Positions 19,027-30,362 of a stretch of DNA of 55,148 bases are shown here, in pieces. Both the position numbers and the translations under genes were made by a program. The DNA comes from Synechococcus sp. GTDB lineage: Bacteria; Cyanobacteriota; Cyanobacteriia; Thermostichales; PCC-7336. Within the stretch, counting starts at the first letter, position 1. Each line of letters opens with the position of its first letter. The notes beneath the pieces were generated by a model. That model did no database searches, was not told the origin of the DNA, and saw only the letters and a list, made by a program, of their open reading frames with translations. The stretch lies in contig JBFRWD010000009.1 of assembly GCA_051439425.1 (NCBI GenBank), positions 1-55,148 on the forward strand, in the 5' to 3' direction.

Positions 19027-22000
19027 ATGTTCACTCAGGTTCGGCCATCGATTCGACACATCGAGCCGGATACAGTGGGAAATCGGTCTCTAGTCCGCGT
19101 CGTCTACGTGGTTCTAGAGCCTCAATATCAGAGCGCATTATCTGCAGCCGTCCAGGCGATTAATAAGAACAATCCCAGCGTGGCAGTCGAGATCAGTGGC
19201 TACCTGATCGAAGAGCTGCGGGACGCTGATAACTATGAAGCCTTTAAAAACGACGTTGCTGAGGCCAACATTTTTATTGCCTCGTTGATTTTTATCGAAG
19301 ACTTAGCAGAAAAAGTAGTAGCAGCCGTTGAACCTCACCGCGATCGCCTCGATGCGGCAGTTGTGTTCCCGTCCATGCCTCAGGTGATGCGCCTGAACAA
19401 GATGGGCAGCTTCTCGATGGCGCAGTTGGGCCAGTCGAAGAGCGCGATCGCCCAGTTCATGCGCAAGCGCAAGGAAAACTCCGGCGCGTCTTTCCAAGAC
19501 GCCATGCTGAAGCTGCTGCGCACCCTGCCCAAGGTGCTGAAGTACCTGCCGATGGATAAGGCGCAGGATGCTCGCAATTTTATGCTCAGCTTCCAGTACT
19601 GGCTGGGTGGTTCTGAAGAGAACCTGTCTAACTTTCTGCTGATGATCGCCGATCGCTACGTGTTTGATGGCGAAGACAATGAAGCGGCAGGCGAGCTATC
19701 CTACAACGACCCCGTTACCTACCCCGATATGGGGGTATGGCACCCTCTGGCTCCAGAGATGTACGAAGACGTTCGGGAGTACATGAACTGGTATCAGTCT
19801 CGCCCTGACCTGACCGCCGACCAGAAAGACCCATTGGCCCCTTGTGTCGGCCTGGTGCTGCAGCGCACCCACCTGGTCACTGGAGATGACGCCCACTACG
19901 TAGCGATGGTGCAGGAGCTGGAGAGCCTCGGTGCTCGCGTTCTGCCCGTATTCGCTGGTGGTCTAGATTTCTCCAAGCCCGTAGAAGCATTTTTCTTCGA
20001 TCCGGCAGCTAGCTCCGATGCTCAGCCCTTGGTCGATGCAGTTGTGTCTTTGACCGGTTTCGCTCTAGTGGGTGGCCCTGCCCGTCAGGATCACCCCAAG
20101 GCGATCGAGGCCCTAAAGCGTTTGAACCGACCCTATATGGTGGCCCTGCCCCTTGTCTTTCAAACTACGGAAGAATGGGAAGACAGCGACCTGGGTCTGC
20201 ACCCGATTCAGGTGGCTCTGCAGATGGCGATTCCCGAGTTGGATGGTGCGATCGAGCCGATTGTTCTGTCCGGTCGCGATGGTAATACCGGTAAGGCGAT
20301 CGCTCTACAAGACCGCATCGAGTCCATTGCTCAGCGGGCCATGAAGTGGGCCAGCCTGCGTCGCAAGCCCCGTCTCGACAAGAAACTGGCCATCACTGTT
20401 TTCAGCTTCCCCCCTGACAAGGGCAACGTTGGTACTGCCGCTTACCTAGACGTATTCGGCTCTATCTATCGGGTAATGGAAGGGATGAAGCGTAACGGCT
20501 ACAACATCGATGACCTTCCCGACACTCCGAAAGAGTTGATGGAAGCGGTCATCCACGATGCTCAAGCCCAATACAGCAGTCCCGAGCTGAACATCGCCTA
20601 CCGCATGCCGGTGCGCGAGTACGAAGAGCTGACCCCCTACTCCGAACGCCTGGAAGAGAACTGGGGGCCTCCTCCTGGCGAACTGAACACCGACGGTCGC
20701 GATTTGTTAGTGTACGGTAAGTCCTTCGGCAATGTCTTTATTGGTGTGCAGCCTACTTTCGGTTACGAAGGCGACCCGATGCGTTTGCTGTTCTCCCGTT
20801 CCGCTAGCCCCCACCACGGTTTTGCGGCGTACTACACTTACCTGGAAAGGATTTGGGGTGCCGATGCTGTCCTGCACTTCGGAACCCACGGTTCTCTGGA
20901 GTTCATGCCTGGTAAGCAGATGGGGATGTCCGGTCAGTGCTATCCCGATAGCCTGATTGGCAAGATTCCCAACCTGTATTACTACGCGGCCAATAATCCC
21001 TCCGAGGCGACGATCGCCAAGCGTCGCAGCTACGCTGAAACCATCAGCTACCTGACACCCCCTGCAGAAAACGCCGGTTTGTACAAGGGGCTGAAGGAGC
21101 TGAGTGAGTTGATTGGTTCCTACCAAACTCTGAAGGACAGCGCTCGTGGCATTCAAATTGCCAACGCGATTGTGGAGCAGGCTCGCATCTGCAACTTGGA
21201 TAAGGACATCGAGCTGCCCGAAGCCGATGCTAAAGAGCTGTCTGGTGAAGACCGCAACACCCTCGTCGGTAAGGTGTACGCCAAGTTGATGGAGATTGAG
21301 TCTCGCCTGTTACCTTGCGGGTTACACGTGATTGGTGAGCCTCCCTCTGCGGAAGAGGCGATCGCCACGTTGGTCAATATCGCCAGCATCGATCGCCCCG
21401 AAGAAGAAGTCATGGGTCTGCCTACGTTGGTGGCTCAGAGCGTCGGTCGCGAAATCGAAGAGATTTACCGCAACAACGATGCCGGAATTCTGGAAGACGT
21501 TCAGCTTCTTCAAGACATCACCGAGGCAGTCCGCTCGGCCGTTGGTGCTCTAGTAAAGGAGCAAACCGACAGCGAAGGCCGCGTGTCGCTGGTTTCCAAG
21601 CTCAACTTCCTCAACCTCGGTCGCAAGACCCCTTGGTTGGTAGCACTGGAAGAAGCAGGTTTCCCCAATGTTGATGAAGAGCAACTGAAGCCTTTGATGG
21701 AGTTTCTGGAGTTCTGTTTGGAGCAAGCTTGCGCTGATTTCGAGTTGGGCAGCTTGATCAAAGCTCTGGATGGCGAGTACGTCTTGCCCGGACCTGGCGG
21801 CGATCCCATTCGTAACCCCAGCGTTCTACCCACCGGTAAGAACATCCACGCTCTCGATCCGCAGTCCATTCCCACCAGCGCGGCCGTTCAGTCCGCCAAG
21901 ATTGTGGTCGATCGCCTGCTCGATCGTCAGAAGATCGACAACGGCGGTAACTGGCCCGAAACCATTGCCTGCGTGCTGTGGGGGACCGATAACATCAAGA

Positions 22001-23022
22001 CCTACGGCGAGTCTCTGGCTCAGATTATGTGGATGGTGGGTGTCCGTCCTCAGCCCGACTCTCTGGGTCGCGTCAACAAGCTGGAGCTGATTCCTCTAGA
22101 GGAGCTGGGTCGTCCTCGTATCGACGTGGTCATCAACTGTTCGGGTGTATTCCGCGACCTGTTCATCAACCAGATGGCATTGCTGGACCGCGCCGTGAAA
22201 ATGGCGGCGGAAGCAGACGAACCTCTGGAAATGAACTTCGTGCGCAAGCACGCTCTGGAACAGGCGGAAGAGATGGGTGTTGGTGTCCGCGAAGCGGCGA
22301 CCCGCGTTTTCTCGAATGCCTCCGGTTCTTACTCCTCCAACGTTAACTTGGCGGTGGAGAACAGCAGTTGGGAAGAAGAGTCGGAACTGCAAGAGATGTA
22401 TCTGAAGCGCAAGTCGTTTGCCTTCAACTCCGACAATCCTGGAGTAATGGATCAATCTCGTAACATGTTCGAGAAGGCGCTGAAGACCGCCGATGCTACC
22501 TTCCAGAACTTGGATTCCTCCGAGATTTCTCTCACGGATGTGTCCCACTACTTCGATTCCGACCCCACCAAGATCGTCTCCACACTACGGGATGACGGCA
22601 AGGCTCCGGCGTCTTACATTGCCGACACCACGACGGCCAATGCTCAGGTTCGGACCCTGTCCGAAACCGTGCGTTTAGATGCCCGCACCAAGCTGCTGAA
22701 TCCCAAGTGGTACGAAGGGATGTTGAGCCACGGTTACGAAGGAGTACGCGAACTGTCCAAACGTCTGGTGAATACGATGGGCTGGTCGGCGACGGCTGGT
22801 GCTGTGGATAACTGGGTGTATGAAGATGCGAACACCACCTTTATCGAAGATAAGGAGATGCGCGATCGCCTCATGAACCTCAACCCCAACTCTTTCCGCC
22901 GCATGGTGGGAACACTGTTGGAGGTCAATGGCCGTGGCTATTGGGAGACGTCTGATGAGAATATCGAGAAGCTGCAGGAAATCTACGCTGAAGTAGAAGA
23001 CCGCATCGAGGGTATCGAATAA
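19027..23022 (+). CDS. chlH: Magnesium chelatase subunit H
   Basis: MFTQVRP start after a GGAGAA RBS gives 1331 aa; [67 protein letters not shown]. Confidence 0.98.
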   Translation: MFTQVRPSIRHIEPDTVGNRSLVRVVYVVLEPQYQSALSAAVQAINKNNPSVAVEISGYLIEELRDADNYEAFKNDVAEANIFIASLIFIEDLAEKVVAAVEPHRDRLDAAVVFPSMPQVMRLNKMGSFSMAQLGQSKSAIAQFMRKRKENSGASFQDAMLKLLRTLPKVLKYLPMDKAQDARNFMLSFQYWLGGSEENLSNFLLMIADRYVFDGEDNEAAGELSYNDPVTYPDMGVWHPLAPEMYEDVREYMNWYQSRPDLTADQKDPLAPCVGLVLQRTHLVTGDDAHYVAMVQELESLGARVLPVFAGGLDFSKPVEAFFFDPAASSDAQPLVDAVVSLTGFALVGGPARQDHPKAIEALKRLNRPYMVALPLVFQTTEEWEDSDLGLHPIQVALQMAIPELDGAIEPIVLSGRDGNTGKAIALQDRIESIAQRAMKWASLRRKPRLDKKLAITVFSFPPDKGNVGTAAYLDVFGSIYRVMEGMKRNGYNIDDLPDTPKELMEAVIHDAQAQYSSPELNIAYRMPVREYEELTPYSERLEENWGPPPGELNTDGRDLLVYGKSFGNVFIGVQPTFGYEGDPMRLLFSRSASPHHGFAAYYTYLERIWGADAVLHFGTHGSLEFMPGKQMGMSGQCYPDSLIGKIPNLYYYAANNPSEATIAKRRSYAETISYLTPPAENAGLYKGLKELSELIGSYQTLKDSARGIQIANAIVEQARICNLDKDIELPEADAKELSGEDRNTLVGKVYAKLMEIESRLLPCGLHVIGEPPSAEEAIATLVNIASIDRPEEEVMGLPTLVAQSVGREIEEIYRNNDAGILEDVQLLQDITEAVRSAVGALVKEQTDSEGRVSLVSKLNFLNLGRKTPWLVALEEAGFPNVDEEQLKPLMEFLEFCLEQACADFELGSLIKALDGEYVLPGPGGDPIRNPSVLPTGKNIHALDPQSIPTSAAVQSAKIVVDRLLDRQKIDNGGNWPETIACVLWGTDNIKTYGESLAQIMWMVGVRPQPDSLGRVNKLELIPLEELGRPRIDVVINCSGVFRDLFINQMALLDRAVKMAAEADEPLEMNFVRKHALEQAEEMGVGVREAATRVFSNASGSYSSNVNLAVENSSWEEESELQEMYLKRKSFAFNSDNPGVMDQSRNMFEKALKTADATFQNLDSSEISLTDVSHYFDSDPTKIVSTLRDDGKAPASYIADTTTANAQVRTLSETVRLDARTKLLNPKWYEGMLSHGYEGVRELSKRLVNTMGWSATAGAVDNWVYEDANTTFIEDKEMRDRLMNLNPNSFRRMVGTLLEVNGRGYWETSDENIEKLQEIYAEVEDRIEGIE

Positions 23023-23069
23023 AGTTCTCGCACTTGGGAACTTGTTTCCCCTAAGTTGAACTCTGGCTT

Positions 23070-23099
23070 GTCCCCAGTGGGTTGATTCCTGCTGGGGAC
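23070..23099 (+). terminator. Hairpin downstream of chlH
   Basis: GTCCCCAG...CTGGGGAC inverted repeat about 50 nt after the chlH stop; no clear U-tract. Confidence 0.55.
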
Positions 23100-23185
23100 T
23101 ACTCTTATAAGCAAGCATGAATCTTGCATTCGCAAAAAAAGTTAGGACAGTGTTGTGAGGACAGAGTCGAGAGCGTCCCAAAGGG

Positions 23186-23615
23186 ACTTCAGTTCAATAG
23201 GGATTAGCTAGAAAAGAGCCTGAGGTAAGGCTGTAACCCGCTTGAACTCAAGGTTAACGGGTAGGTCAGTTGGCGACCAATCCAGCCAGTGAGTTGATCA
23301 AAAAGTTCCATATCTGCGATGTCGAGAATGCTCGATTTGCAGCATATTCTTGAGTTGGTCGTTGACAGTTTCGATGAGAGAGCGCTTGCCCAACAAGATT
23401 TTGTCCATCAGTTTGACCAGCTTCTGCGTCATATTTTTCTTGTAACGGGTGACCAACTCCAGACCTTGCTAGTAGAGCTGCTCAAATCGAGCTTGGGAAA
23501 TCCTCGGCCTCCAAAGAGTTTTCCGAACAGGCTCTGGGCCATCTCAGGAATGGGCTTTCGGTCATCGACATTCCCGGCAGTGAGTTTGAAAGGCCAGCAG
23601 TTCCCCTCGCTCATC
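23186..23615 (-). mobile_element. IS982-family transposase remnant (C-terminal half; frameshifts and an internal stop)
   Basis: Pieced across frames on the minus strand: ERGELLAF / [29 protein letters not shown] / [61 protein letters not shown] / [14 protein letters not shown], typical IS982 DDE motifs. A possible degenerate end (CCCTATTGAACTGAAGT) finishes at 23186. Confidence 0.88.
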
Positions 23616-23652
23616 TGATTCTTAAAACAGCATCTGACAGATTCAAGCGCAT

Positions 23653-25974
23653 TCATTCAAAATCAGAAATATCATAATCCGCATAGGCTATCCCGCTAGA
23701 AGTCTCTAATACTTCAGAACTAATTAAATCTCCTTCCCGATCGTATACACCAGTCTTGAGAACGTTATTCTGTCTTCCACCTAAGTCATTATTCATCGCA
23801 GTACCAACTACGAAAGGTACATTCAATTCAGCTAAATTTGGATAGGCAAAATCATATTCAGTACTCCAATTTGGATAAAATATTAGTTCTGCGCCTAAAT
23901 CATTGACCATAGTACCAAGGGGTTCATTTTCGTCTTTGTTTCCAAAGACGTCGTAGCATATTGCAACTCCTACTTTGATATTCTCAATATCAAAGACCCT
24001 GATTTCATTCCCTGGTGTCAAATTCTTAAGCTCTCCACCAGACGGTAACAGTATTTTACGATGAGTGCCAATATACTTGCCATTATCATTAAATATTATC
24101 TGGGAGTTATATATATCACTATCACCTTTATTTTGCTCATAAATATGGCCTAAAATATACATTCCATGCTCTGATGCCCATTCTTTATATTGTAAGGAGA
24201 GAGTGCCTTTCTTCGGATCCTCTGCAGCTTTTTCAAAAGAAAGATTTTTACCATTATTAGTTTTTATTCTAGAAATTCCTTCTGGAAATAAAAGTATATC
24301 TACGCCTTTGGAAGCAGCATTTTTGACTAATTTATCATATTCTCTTATGGTGTCAGTAAGAGTTGGGCCCAGATCGTTCAGCTTTACTTGTACTGCACCA
24401 ATTCTAATAGTGCCAGGTGGATTATCATTTCCGGGTGGGTTCTTTGCAGGTTCTGGGTTCGGGCCAGGTAGTCGGTTCGTTTTTTTGAGGTCGAAATAAT
24501 CTATACGAAGGGACTCTTTGCGATGTTCCTTGCCAACGAAGGTGATTCGATCCCCAGCTTCAAGCTCGAGGCCCTTAATGGTTCGAACCTGACGGTTATT
24601 AGCGCTAATGTCACTAGAGCCAGAGTTGCGGTTTAAAGACCACTGGTCGACCAATATGTTGTTAACTAAGACTTTTATGTTTCCAGTGCCATCATTTTCA
24701 TCAAAGTAGTTGAGTTTAAGGTCGTAGATTCCCCTAGCTCCCTTGTGAACGTAGACTGCTCGACCTTGTTCGTTCCATTTCCCCCCCCGAAGACTGATGG
24801 CCTTACCACCAGAGAAAAGTTTATTACTTTCGATTCGGAAGGCTTCAGGTCTTTGAAGATTTTCAGCTTCAATTCGTAGATTAGAATTCGTTGCAGGTGG
24901 TGGAAGCGGATTAGGTAGTGGGTTCGTTTTTGTGAGATCGAAATAATCTATCCGAAGGAACTCTTTGCGATGTTCCTTGCCAACGAAAGATATCCGATCC
25001 CCAGCTTCAAGCTCGAGGCCCTTAATGGTTCGAACCTGACGGTTATTAGCGCTAATGTCACTAGAGCCGGAGTTGCGGTTTAAAGACCACTGGTCGACCA
25101 ATGTGTTATTAACTAAGACTTTTATGTTTCCAGGGCCAGCATTTTCATCAAAATAGTTGAGTTTAAGGTCGTAAATTCCCCCATCTCCTTTATGAACGTA
25201 GACTGCTCGACCTTGTTCGTTCCATTTCCCCCCCCGAAGGCTGATTGCCTTATCACCGGAGAAAAGTTTATTACTTTCGATTCGGAAGGCTTCAGGTCTT
25301 TGAAGATTTTCAGCTTCAATTCGCAGGTTAGAATTGGATTCATTTTTTGGCAGGACTGCACTGTAGGATTCTCGAATAGTCTCTTTAAATCCAATTCCTG
25401 ACTCGATATCTCCAATTACACGTTCTAAAACCCAATCACCTCCCTGCTCTCTACTACCAGTAAAGTCGGTAGATGCAGCAACATCTGTACCGGTGTAGTG
25501 ACTCAGTTGACCTAGCAAGGGATCGCCACTATAGATTCCGTCACCAATATAGTCACCAGCAACATTACATCCATAAACTAAAGTATCGGCGTCTTCAGTG
25601 AACGAGCTTCTCCAAAGTTCAAGTTTATCTTTATAGTAAGCAATATTGCTAGAGTTAAGCGTGGTGGAGCCCAGTTGAAATTCTCCATCATGGCCATGGG
25701 ACACCAAATGAAGGCTAGGGATGCTATCAAAATATCCTAACGCTTGTGTAATTTGCTCAATTCCATCTTCATCACGATCTAAAGCTATTGCGATAGTATT
25801 ATCAGTCAGAGTTTTAATGAGACTATCAATATTCTGGACAGCTGAATCAACAAACATCAAATTAACATTTGATGTTTGTATCTGACTGCTATCCAATTCG
25901 CCAACATTAAAAAAATAATTACCTGCCGAAAAAGTATTCGGTGAGTCTACAGTGCTCTTTGCTAATGTACTCAT
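23653..25974 (-). CDS. Multidomain protein: DUF4347 + two CBM6/35-like beta-sandwich repeats + carbon-nitrogen hydrolase (nitrilase superfamily) domain
   Basis: DUF4347 motifs ([47 protein letters not shown]); repeats LRIEAENL...[11 protein letters not shown]...RIDYFDL; nitrilase triad motifs [24 protein letters not shown] at 25974 with a GGGAGG RBS. Confidence 0.85.
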   Translation of the reverse strand: MSTLAKSTVDSPNTFSAGNYFFNVGELDSSQIQTSNVNLMFVDSAVQNIDSLIKTLTDNTIAIALDRDEDGIEQITQALGYFDSIPSLHLVSHGHDGEFQLGSTTLNSSNIAYYKDKLELWRSSFTEDADTLVYGCNVAGDYIGDGIYSGDPLLGQLSHYTGTDVAASTDFTGSREQGGDWVLERVIGDIESGIGFKETIRESYSAVLPKNESNSNLRIEAENLQRPEAFRIESNKLFSGDKAISLRGGKWNEQGRAVYVHKGDGGIYDLKLNYFDENAGPGNIKVLVNNTLVDQWSLNRNSGSSDISANNRQVRTIKGLELEAGDRISFVGKEHRKEFLRIDYFDLTKTNPLPNPLPPPATNSNLRIEAENLQRPEAFRIESNKLFSGGKAISLRGGKWNEQGRAVYVHKGARGIYDLKLNYFDENDGTGNIKVLVNNILVDQWSLNRNSGSSDISANNRQVRTIKGLELEAGDRITFVGKEHRKESLRIDYFDLKKTNRLPGPNPEPAKNPPGNDNPPGTIRIGAVQVKLNDLGPTLTDTIREYDKLVKNAASKGVDILLFPEGISRIKTNNGKNLSFEKAAEDPKKGTLSLQYKEWASEHGMYILGHIYEQNKGDSDIYNSQIIFNDNGKYIGTHRKILLPSGGELKNLTPGNEIRVFDIENIKVGVAICYDVFGNKDENEPLGTMVNDLGAELIFYPNWSTEYDFAYPNLAELNVPFVVGTAMNNDLGGRQNNVLKTGVYDREGDLISSEVLETSSGIAYADYDISDFE
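24474..25335. repeat. Near-identical intragenic duplication with a 447-bp period (24474-24888 and 24921-25335) encoding the two CBM-like modules
   Basis: The two protein copies differ at only about ten residues; the 447-nt DNA offset was checked at both ends. Confidence 0.95.
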
Positions 25975-26587
25975 TTTGAGTATCCTCCCAAAACCTCGGG
26001 ATCTCATCAATGTTAAATAAATTCATCCTAAATTTATCGCCTAACCAGCTGCCTTCCATTAATCTCTTTAGGCATTTGAGCCCAAGCAAAGTCTTGTAGA
26101 TAGAATTACAGTGATTTCACTTGAGTATTTTTTTAAAGCCTAGAATAGAGTTAAGCACTTTAGAAAAGTTCAGACTTCTAGCAGACTAACCCCAATCTGA
26201 CTTAAAGATTTGATTTTGCTAGTTCACAACCTGACGTGCAAGCTATGTTGATGAATTCCTGGCTCTCATTATGTCTATTTTAAGTATAAAGGCAACTACA
26301 AATGATTGGAGAGCCTGATTGACAATTGTTTATTAACTTCAATTCGACAGAACAGTTCAAGCGGCAAGGCTCCAGTCAAAGTAACACTCTGAGCAGAGGT
26401 CAAGTATCACAAACGCTTAGCTAGTATGAATTTGAGGATTTGATGAGTATCCAATGATGCTACCCTGCTTGAGCCGTCCCCTTCAATGCCAGTGCCCGCT
26501 ACAGCTCACGAGGCTCTGGATGACTCGCGATAAACTCGTCTAACGTCATGCCTTTAGGGGATTGCTTCCCTATCAGCATCTATAAAA

Positions 26588-27445
26588 TCATCTGGGATTG
26601 CTATCGAGGTCTTTAGACAGAATACAATACACGTTGTGTGCAAAATATTTCCCGACAAAAGGAATATGGTGCATCAACCAAAACACTTTGGACTTGAAGT
26701 CAGTACTTCGATTGACTTGTAGTGATTCTACTCGTAATTTACTTGCATTAAATATATGTTTGTATTCAACGAACGATACTCCATTCAATCCTAAGTCGGC
26801 AAACGAAGAAATGTGAGATTCAGTCGAAGCATTCCAACATTTGACAAATTTTGACTCACTAGTCAGTAGGTGTCCCCAAGGAAATTTGTTACTAAAGTTC
26901 CAGCCAAAAGCATTTCCATGAAAGCCATATGGGCTATGCCATAGGGGGCCAAATCCTATATATGCCAAACCACCCGGCTTTAGAAGTCGGTGAAACTCTG
27001 ACAGAACCATCTCAAGATCGAGAACGTGCTCGAATGTGTCCTTGGAAAGAATATAGTCAAAGCCACCGGTGGGATATTCTTGAATATCTACAGCCAGAAA
27101 TTCAACCTTCTCTTCAAGTTCTGGATAATTCTTTCGGACGTTGAGAGTAGCAACCTCGATATCGCGAGCAGTTAAATCCAGACCAACGACTTTGTCTGCT
27201 CCAGCCAAGGCTATATCAACTGACAAATTCCCAAGTCCGCAGCCAAACTCTAGAACTTTGGCACCGTTGAACGATGGATTCTGCCCTAGGCGAGACCAAA
27301 AAATATCATTTATATTCTGGCCGTCCTGTTTCTTTAGATATTTGAAGGCATGTTCTAGATAGTCATCTGATTCTAGAAATGAAATAGCAGGGAATGAAAA
27401 ATCAGGCTTACTTTGTAGTGCTTTAGGCGTGAGTTGATTTACCAT
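26588..27445 (-). CDS. Class I SAM-dependent methyltransferase, probably modifying the polysaccharide
   Basis: Motif I VLEFGCGLGNL, VVGLDL, FDYILSKDTFEHV, RLLKPGG; GGAGG RBS; located in the glycan cluster. Confidence 0.9.
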   Translation of the reverse strand: MVNQLTPKALQSKPDFSFPAISFLESDDYLEHAFKYLKKQDGQNINDIFWSRLGQNPSFNGAKVLEFGCGLGNLSVDIALAGADKVVGLDLTARDIEVATLNVRKNYPELEEKVEFLAVDIQEYPTGGFDYILSKDTFEHVLDLEMVLSEFHRLLKPGGLAYIGFGPLWHSPYGFHGNAFGWNFSNKFPWGHLLTSESKFVKCWNASTESHISSFADLGLNGVSFVEYKHIFNASKLRVESLQVNRSTDFKSKVFWLMHHIPFVGKYFAHNVYCILSKDLDSNPR

Positions 27446-27604
27446 CGTTAATCCTCCTGGTGTATCGTAAGTTCCACTGCGTATGAATCCTGTAGAACAT
27501 AGCTGGTTAACCTTTCATTGACAAAAGTTAGCTACCTTCAAGCTCATCCTAAGTCATTTGCTAAGAATATAGACATCAACTAATATGACCTGCCTAAACT
27601 AAGA

Positions 27605-29140
27605 TTAATCCTCACTTTGTCTAATCAACCGAGGCTCTGTAGAATAGTTTTCTGAAGATTCACGTCTCATAACTGTCTTAATTAGTTTCAATAACATGTG
27701 TGGAGTTTGGCCAGACGAACCGATGAAAATTGAAAGGCTATAAATGGCAACTAGCACAACTGGCTGTAGAGCTTTCAGTACAATAGGCCACAGATCCGAG
27801 TCAATCAAACTCATGACTGGATTGAGGATGCTTGGAACCGCAAGTGCAGCGACAACACTGACAAATGCTGATCCACTGGGTAATACAACTGGTCTTATTA
27901 GAGAGGATATGGAGTAATTCAAAACTTTGCTGGTGGCAAGCCAAAACCAAATAGTCGCAACAACTCCCATGACTGTGGTGACGCTTATAGCGACCCCTAC
28001 TAGTCCTCCCAGCCATGCACCTAAGAGAAAAACGGGAATTGAAATGGGAACTAAAACCCAATTGATTGCAGCATTCACATGAGGCTTTTCAAGTGCATTT
28101 AAACTGGTCCCCAGAATCGACATAAAACCTCTTGAATAAGCAAATATCAACAATATCTGGAAAAGAGGAACCACTGGTGACCAATTCATTCCGAATATCA
28201 GGGGAATTAGCCATGGTGCGACAACAAACCCTATTCCATAGATTGGTGCTGATATTAAAGCGGACAATTCAAGTACTTTTTCGATGTAGCGTTTTTGGCC
28301 ATCAACTTCACTCTGAGCAATAACAGAAAAGTTCACTCGGTTGATCTGAGACAGCGCATACGCCGGAAGCATCGATAGCTGATAGGCCATGTTGTAAAAC
28401 CCCAGAGGCTGCGCCCCTAGAAGGCGGCCGATGATTACGTCATCTCCACTTGTGTTGGCATATACAGCTAGATTGGTACCAACTAAGCTGCTGATGTATC
28501 CTCGGACATTGCGCACTGCTGCTCGATCGGGAAGTAGCCTGTATCGAAACCGGTACCGACTGAACCAGCGCTTCAATCCTGACACCACAATTGCTCTGGC
28601 AATTTCTGCGATCCCGAATGACCATACCCCTAATCCAAACACTGCTCCGCCAATTGCCCCTCCCATACGAGCAAATGCGCCACAACTTTCTGCGATCGCT
28701 TGCTCGCGAAACTGCATACGACGGCTTAAAACAGCTTCGTGGGCTCCCTCTCCTGCGCTGAATAAAAAAACTAAAGCAGAGAAAGCGGTTAATGGAAAAA
28801 CTATTGGCTCATCAAAGAAAATGGCCATTAGGTACCCGATCCCGCTTTGAATAACAAACATCACAACGGAAACCGTAACCCCAAGGCTATAGACAGCTTC
28901 TGTTAAGGTTTTGTCTGCCAGTCCACGATGAACGAGCACTTGGGCAAGTGCCTTGTCCTTAAATAAGTTGGCAAGTGACATCACCACCCACACCATTCCC
29001 CAAATACCAAACACCTCAGGTGTTAGCAGGCGAGCCAGAACAATCTGAGACATCAGCTGCGAGGATTTTGCTAAGGCAAATCTTGCAGTTAACCAAAGAC
29101 TGCTACCTGCGACGGTTTTTAAAGTGCTGTTCGAGGACAT
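27605..29140 (-). CDS. wzx: Wzx/WzxC-like polysaccharide flippase, copy 1
   Basis: IVLARLLTPEVFG, DDVIIGRLLGAQPLGFYNMAYQL, many TM helices. Confidence 0.9.
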   Translation of the reverse strand: MSSNSTLKTVAGSSLWLTARFALAKSSQLMSQIVLARLLTPEVFGIWGMVWVVMSLANLFKDKALAQVLVHRGLADKTLTEAVYSLGVTVSVVMFVIQSGIGYLMAIFFDEPIVFPLTAFSALVFLFSAGEGAHEAVLSRRMQFREQAIAESCGAFARMGGAIGGAVFGLGVWSFGIAEIARAIVVSGLKRWFSRYRFRYRLLPDRAAVRNVRGYISSLVGTNLAVYANTSGDDVIIGRLLGAQPLGFYNMAYQLSMLPAYALSQINRVNFSVIAQSEVDGQKRYIEKVLELSALISAPIYGIGFVVAPWLIPLIFGMNWSPVVPLFQILLIFAYSRGFMSILGTSLNALEKPHVNAAINWVLVPISIPVFLLGAWLGGLVGVAISVTTVMGVVATIWFWLATSKVLNYSISSLIRPVVLPSGSAFVSVVAALAVPSILNPVMSLIDSDLWPIVLKALQPVVLVAIYSLSIFIGSSGQTPHMLLKLIKTVMRRESSENYSTEPRLIRQSED

Positions 29141-29162
29141 CGTGAATGAAAGACACCTTTAG

Positions 29163-30362
29163 CTAGGAGTCTTGTTGATACAAAACTTGGAATGAAGGAC
29201 GCTGCTCTGCTAACTCTTGACCAGTCTGTCCCAGTCGCTCCCGGAGTACCTCGTCTCTGCATAACTGGCTTAGAGCAAGCTGCAACTCTGTCGAGGAGTC
29301 GGGATCGACTAACAAACCATTTTTTAGGTGCTGTACGGCATCAATAACTCCACCCACTTTAGATGCAAGGACTGGTTTGCCAAAAAAGCCAGCTTCACGA
29401 TAAACGATTCCGAAACCTTCGATGCTTTGTGAATCAGCATCGAAAAAGGTCAACATGGCGAACAGATCGCAAGCGTCGTAATATGAGGCCAATTCTGAGT
29501 CAGGTACAAACCCGACAAAATGAACGCGGTCTTCAACATTCAAGCTGTTAGCAAGAGCTCGGAGGTCCTGTTCCATTTTTCCACGGCCACAAATCAGATA
29601 GTGAACATCAAGCCCCTTGGATAGGAGTGACGGAATCTGGGAAATGACCCGATCGAAACCTTTACGCTTGATCAGACGTCCGACGGTCAGGATGACCACA
29701 GAATCGGTTGGAATACCAAACTTTTGACGAACAGCAGCTCCTGACCCCTCTGCGGAGGAGGAATACATAGACGAAAGACCAAATTTGGAAGGCCTTACGG
29801 TTGGATTGATAACATACGCTTGAGAGGTTATCGAAACACTGTTCAACAGATAGCTTCGCGTAAACCAGCTATTGCAGACAACTCCCGACGATCGATTCAA
29901 TGTCCACCTAAAGACACTCTTGAATAATCGGTTGCGTAACGGACACAAGAGATCGTTGCCGTGTAGATAAACGAAATAACGTATGGGGAGCAAATACCCC
30001 AAAACCAAGATGGATGGAAAATCGTAACCGTGACACCATTCGATATATTTGAAGCGGTACTTCCAATACAGGAAGAGTCCCATAATCACTGAGAAAACCA
30101 TGCAGAATAGCTGTCTGGTTACTTTTCCAATCAGTGACTTTTTGAGAAACTCTGGGTTTGGCCAGCGATAAATGGTAAACGGCTGTGAGCGGTCGAAAGA
30201 ACGTGCCCCCGGACAATCTGCAGCTAAGACAACAACACGCTTTGAATCACGCGTGCAGCGGTCATACACGTACTCCTCAATGCCACCTTCTTGCGGCAAA
30301 AATGTTCGAGTGACAACTAGAATGCTTGCCTTCTCGACCCCTATATAGCTATTTCTAAACAT
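29163..30362 (-). CDS. GT4 glycosyltransferase
   Basis: FLPQEGGIEEY, VGRLIKRKGFD, EGFGIVYREA, GGVIDAV; start uncertain (ATG 30362 or TTG 30371). Confidence 0.92.
   Translation of the reverse strand: MFRNSYIGVEKASILVVTRTFLPQEGGIEEYVYDRCTRDSKRVVVLAADCPGARSFDRSQPFTIYRWPNPEFLKKSLIGKVTRQLFCMVFSVIMGLFLYWKYRFKYIEWCHGYDFPSILVLGYLLPIRYFVYLHGNDLLCPLRNRLFKSVFRWTLNRSSGVVCNSWFTRSYLLNSVSITSQAYVINPTVRPSKFGLSSMYSSSAEGSGAAVRQKFGIPTDSVVILTVGRLIKRKGFDRVISQIPSLLSKGLDVHYLICGRGKMEQDLRALANSLNVEDRVHFVGFVPDSELASYYDACDLFAMLTFFDADSQSIEGFGIVYREAGFFGKPVLASKVGGVIDAVQHLKNGLLVDPDSSTELQLALSQLCRDEVLRERLGQTGQELAEQRPSFQVLYQQDS

Noticed and set aside
19303..23181. Many antisense and alternate-frame ORFs inside chlH (and likewise inside ilvA, the wzx genes and the oxidoreductase)
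   Set aside because: Expected shadows of GC-rich, codon-biased genes; no independent coding signal.
23319..23656. ORF-track entries 23319-23618 (+) and 23429-23656 (-) as genes
   Set aside because: They are the antisense shadow and one frame-fragment of the IS982 pseudogene.
24474..25335. Long direct repeat as a possible mobile element or array
   Set aside because: It is in frame (447 nt = 149 codons) within one ORF and encodes duplicated protein modules.
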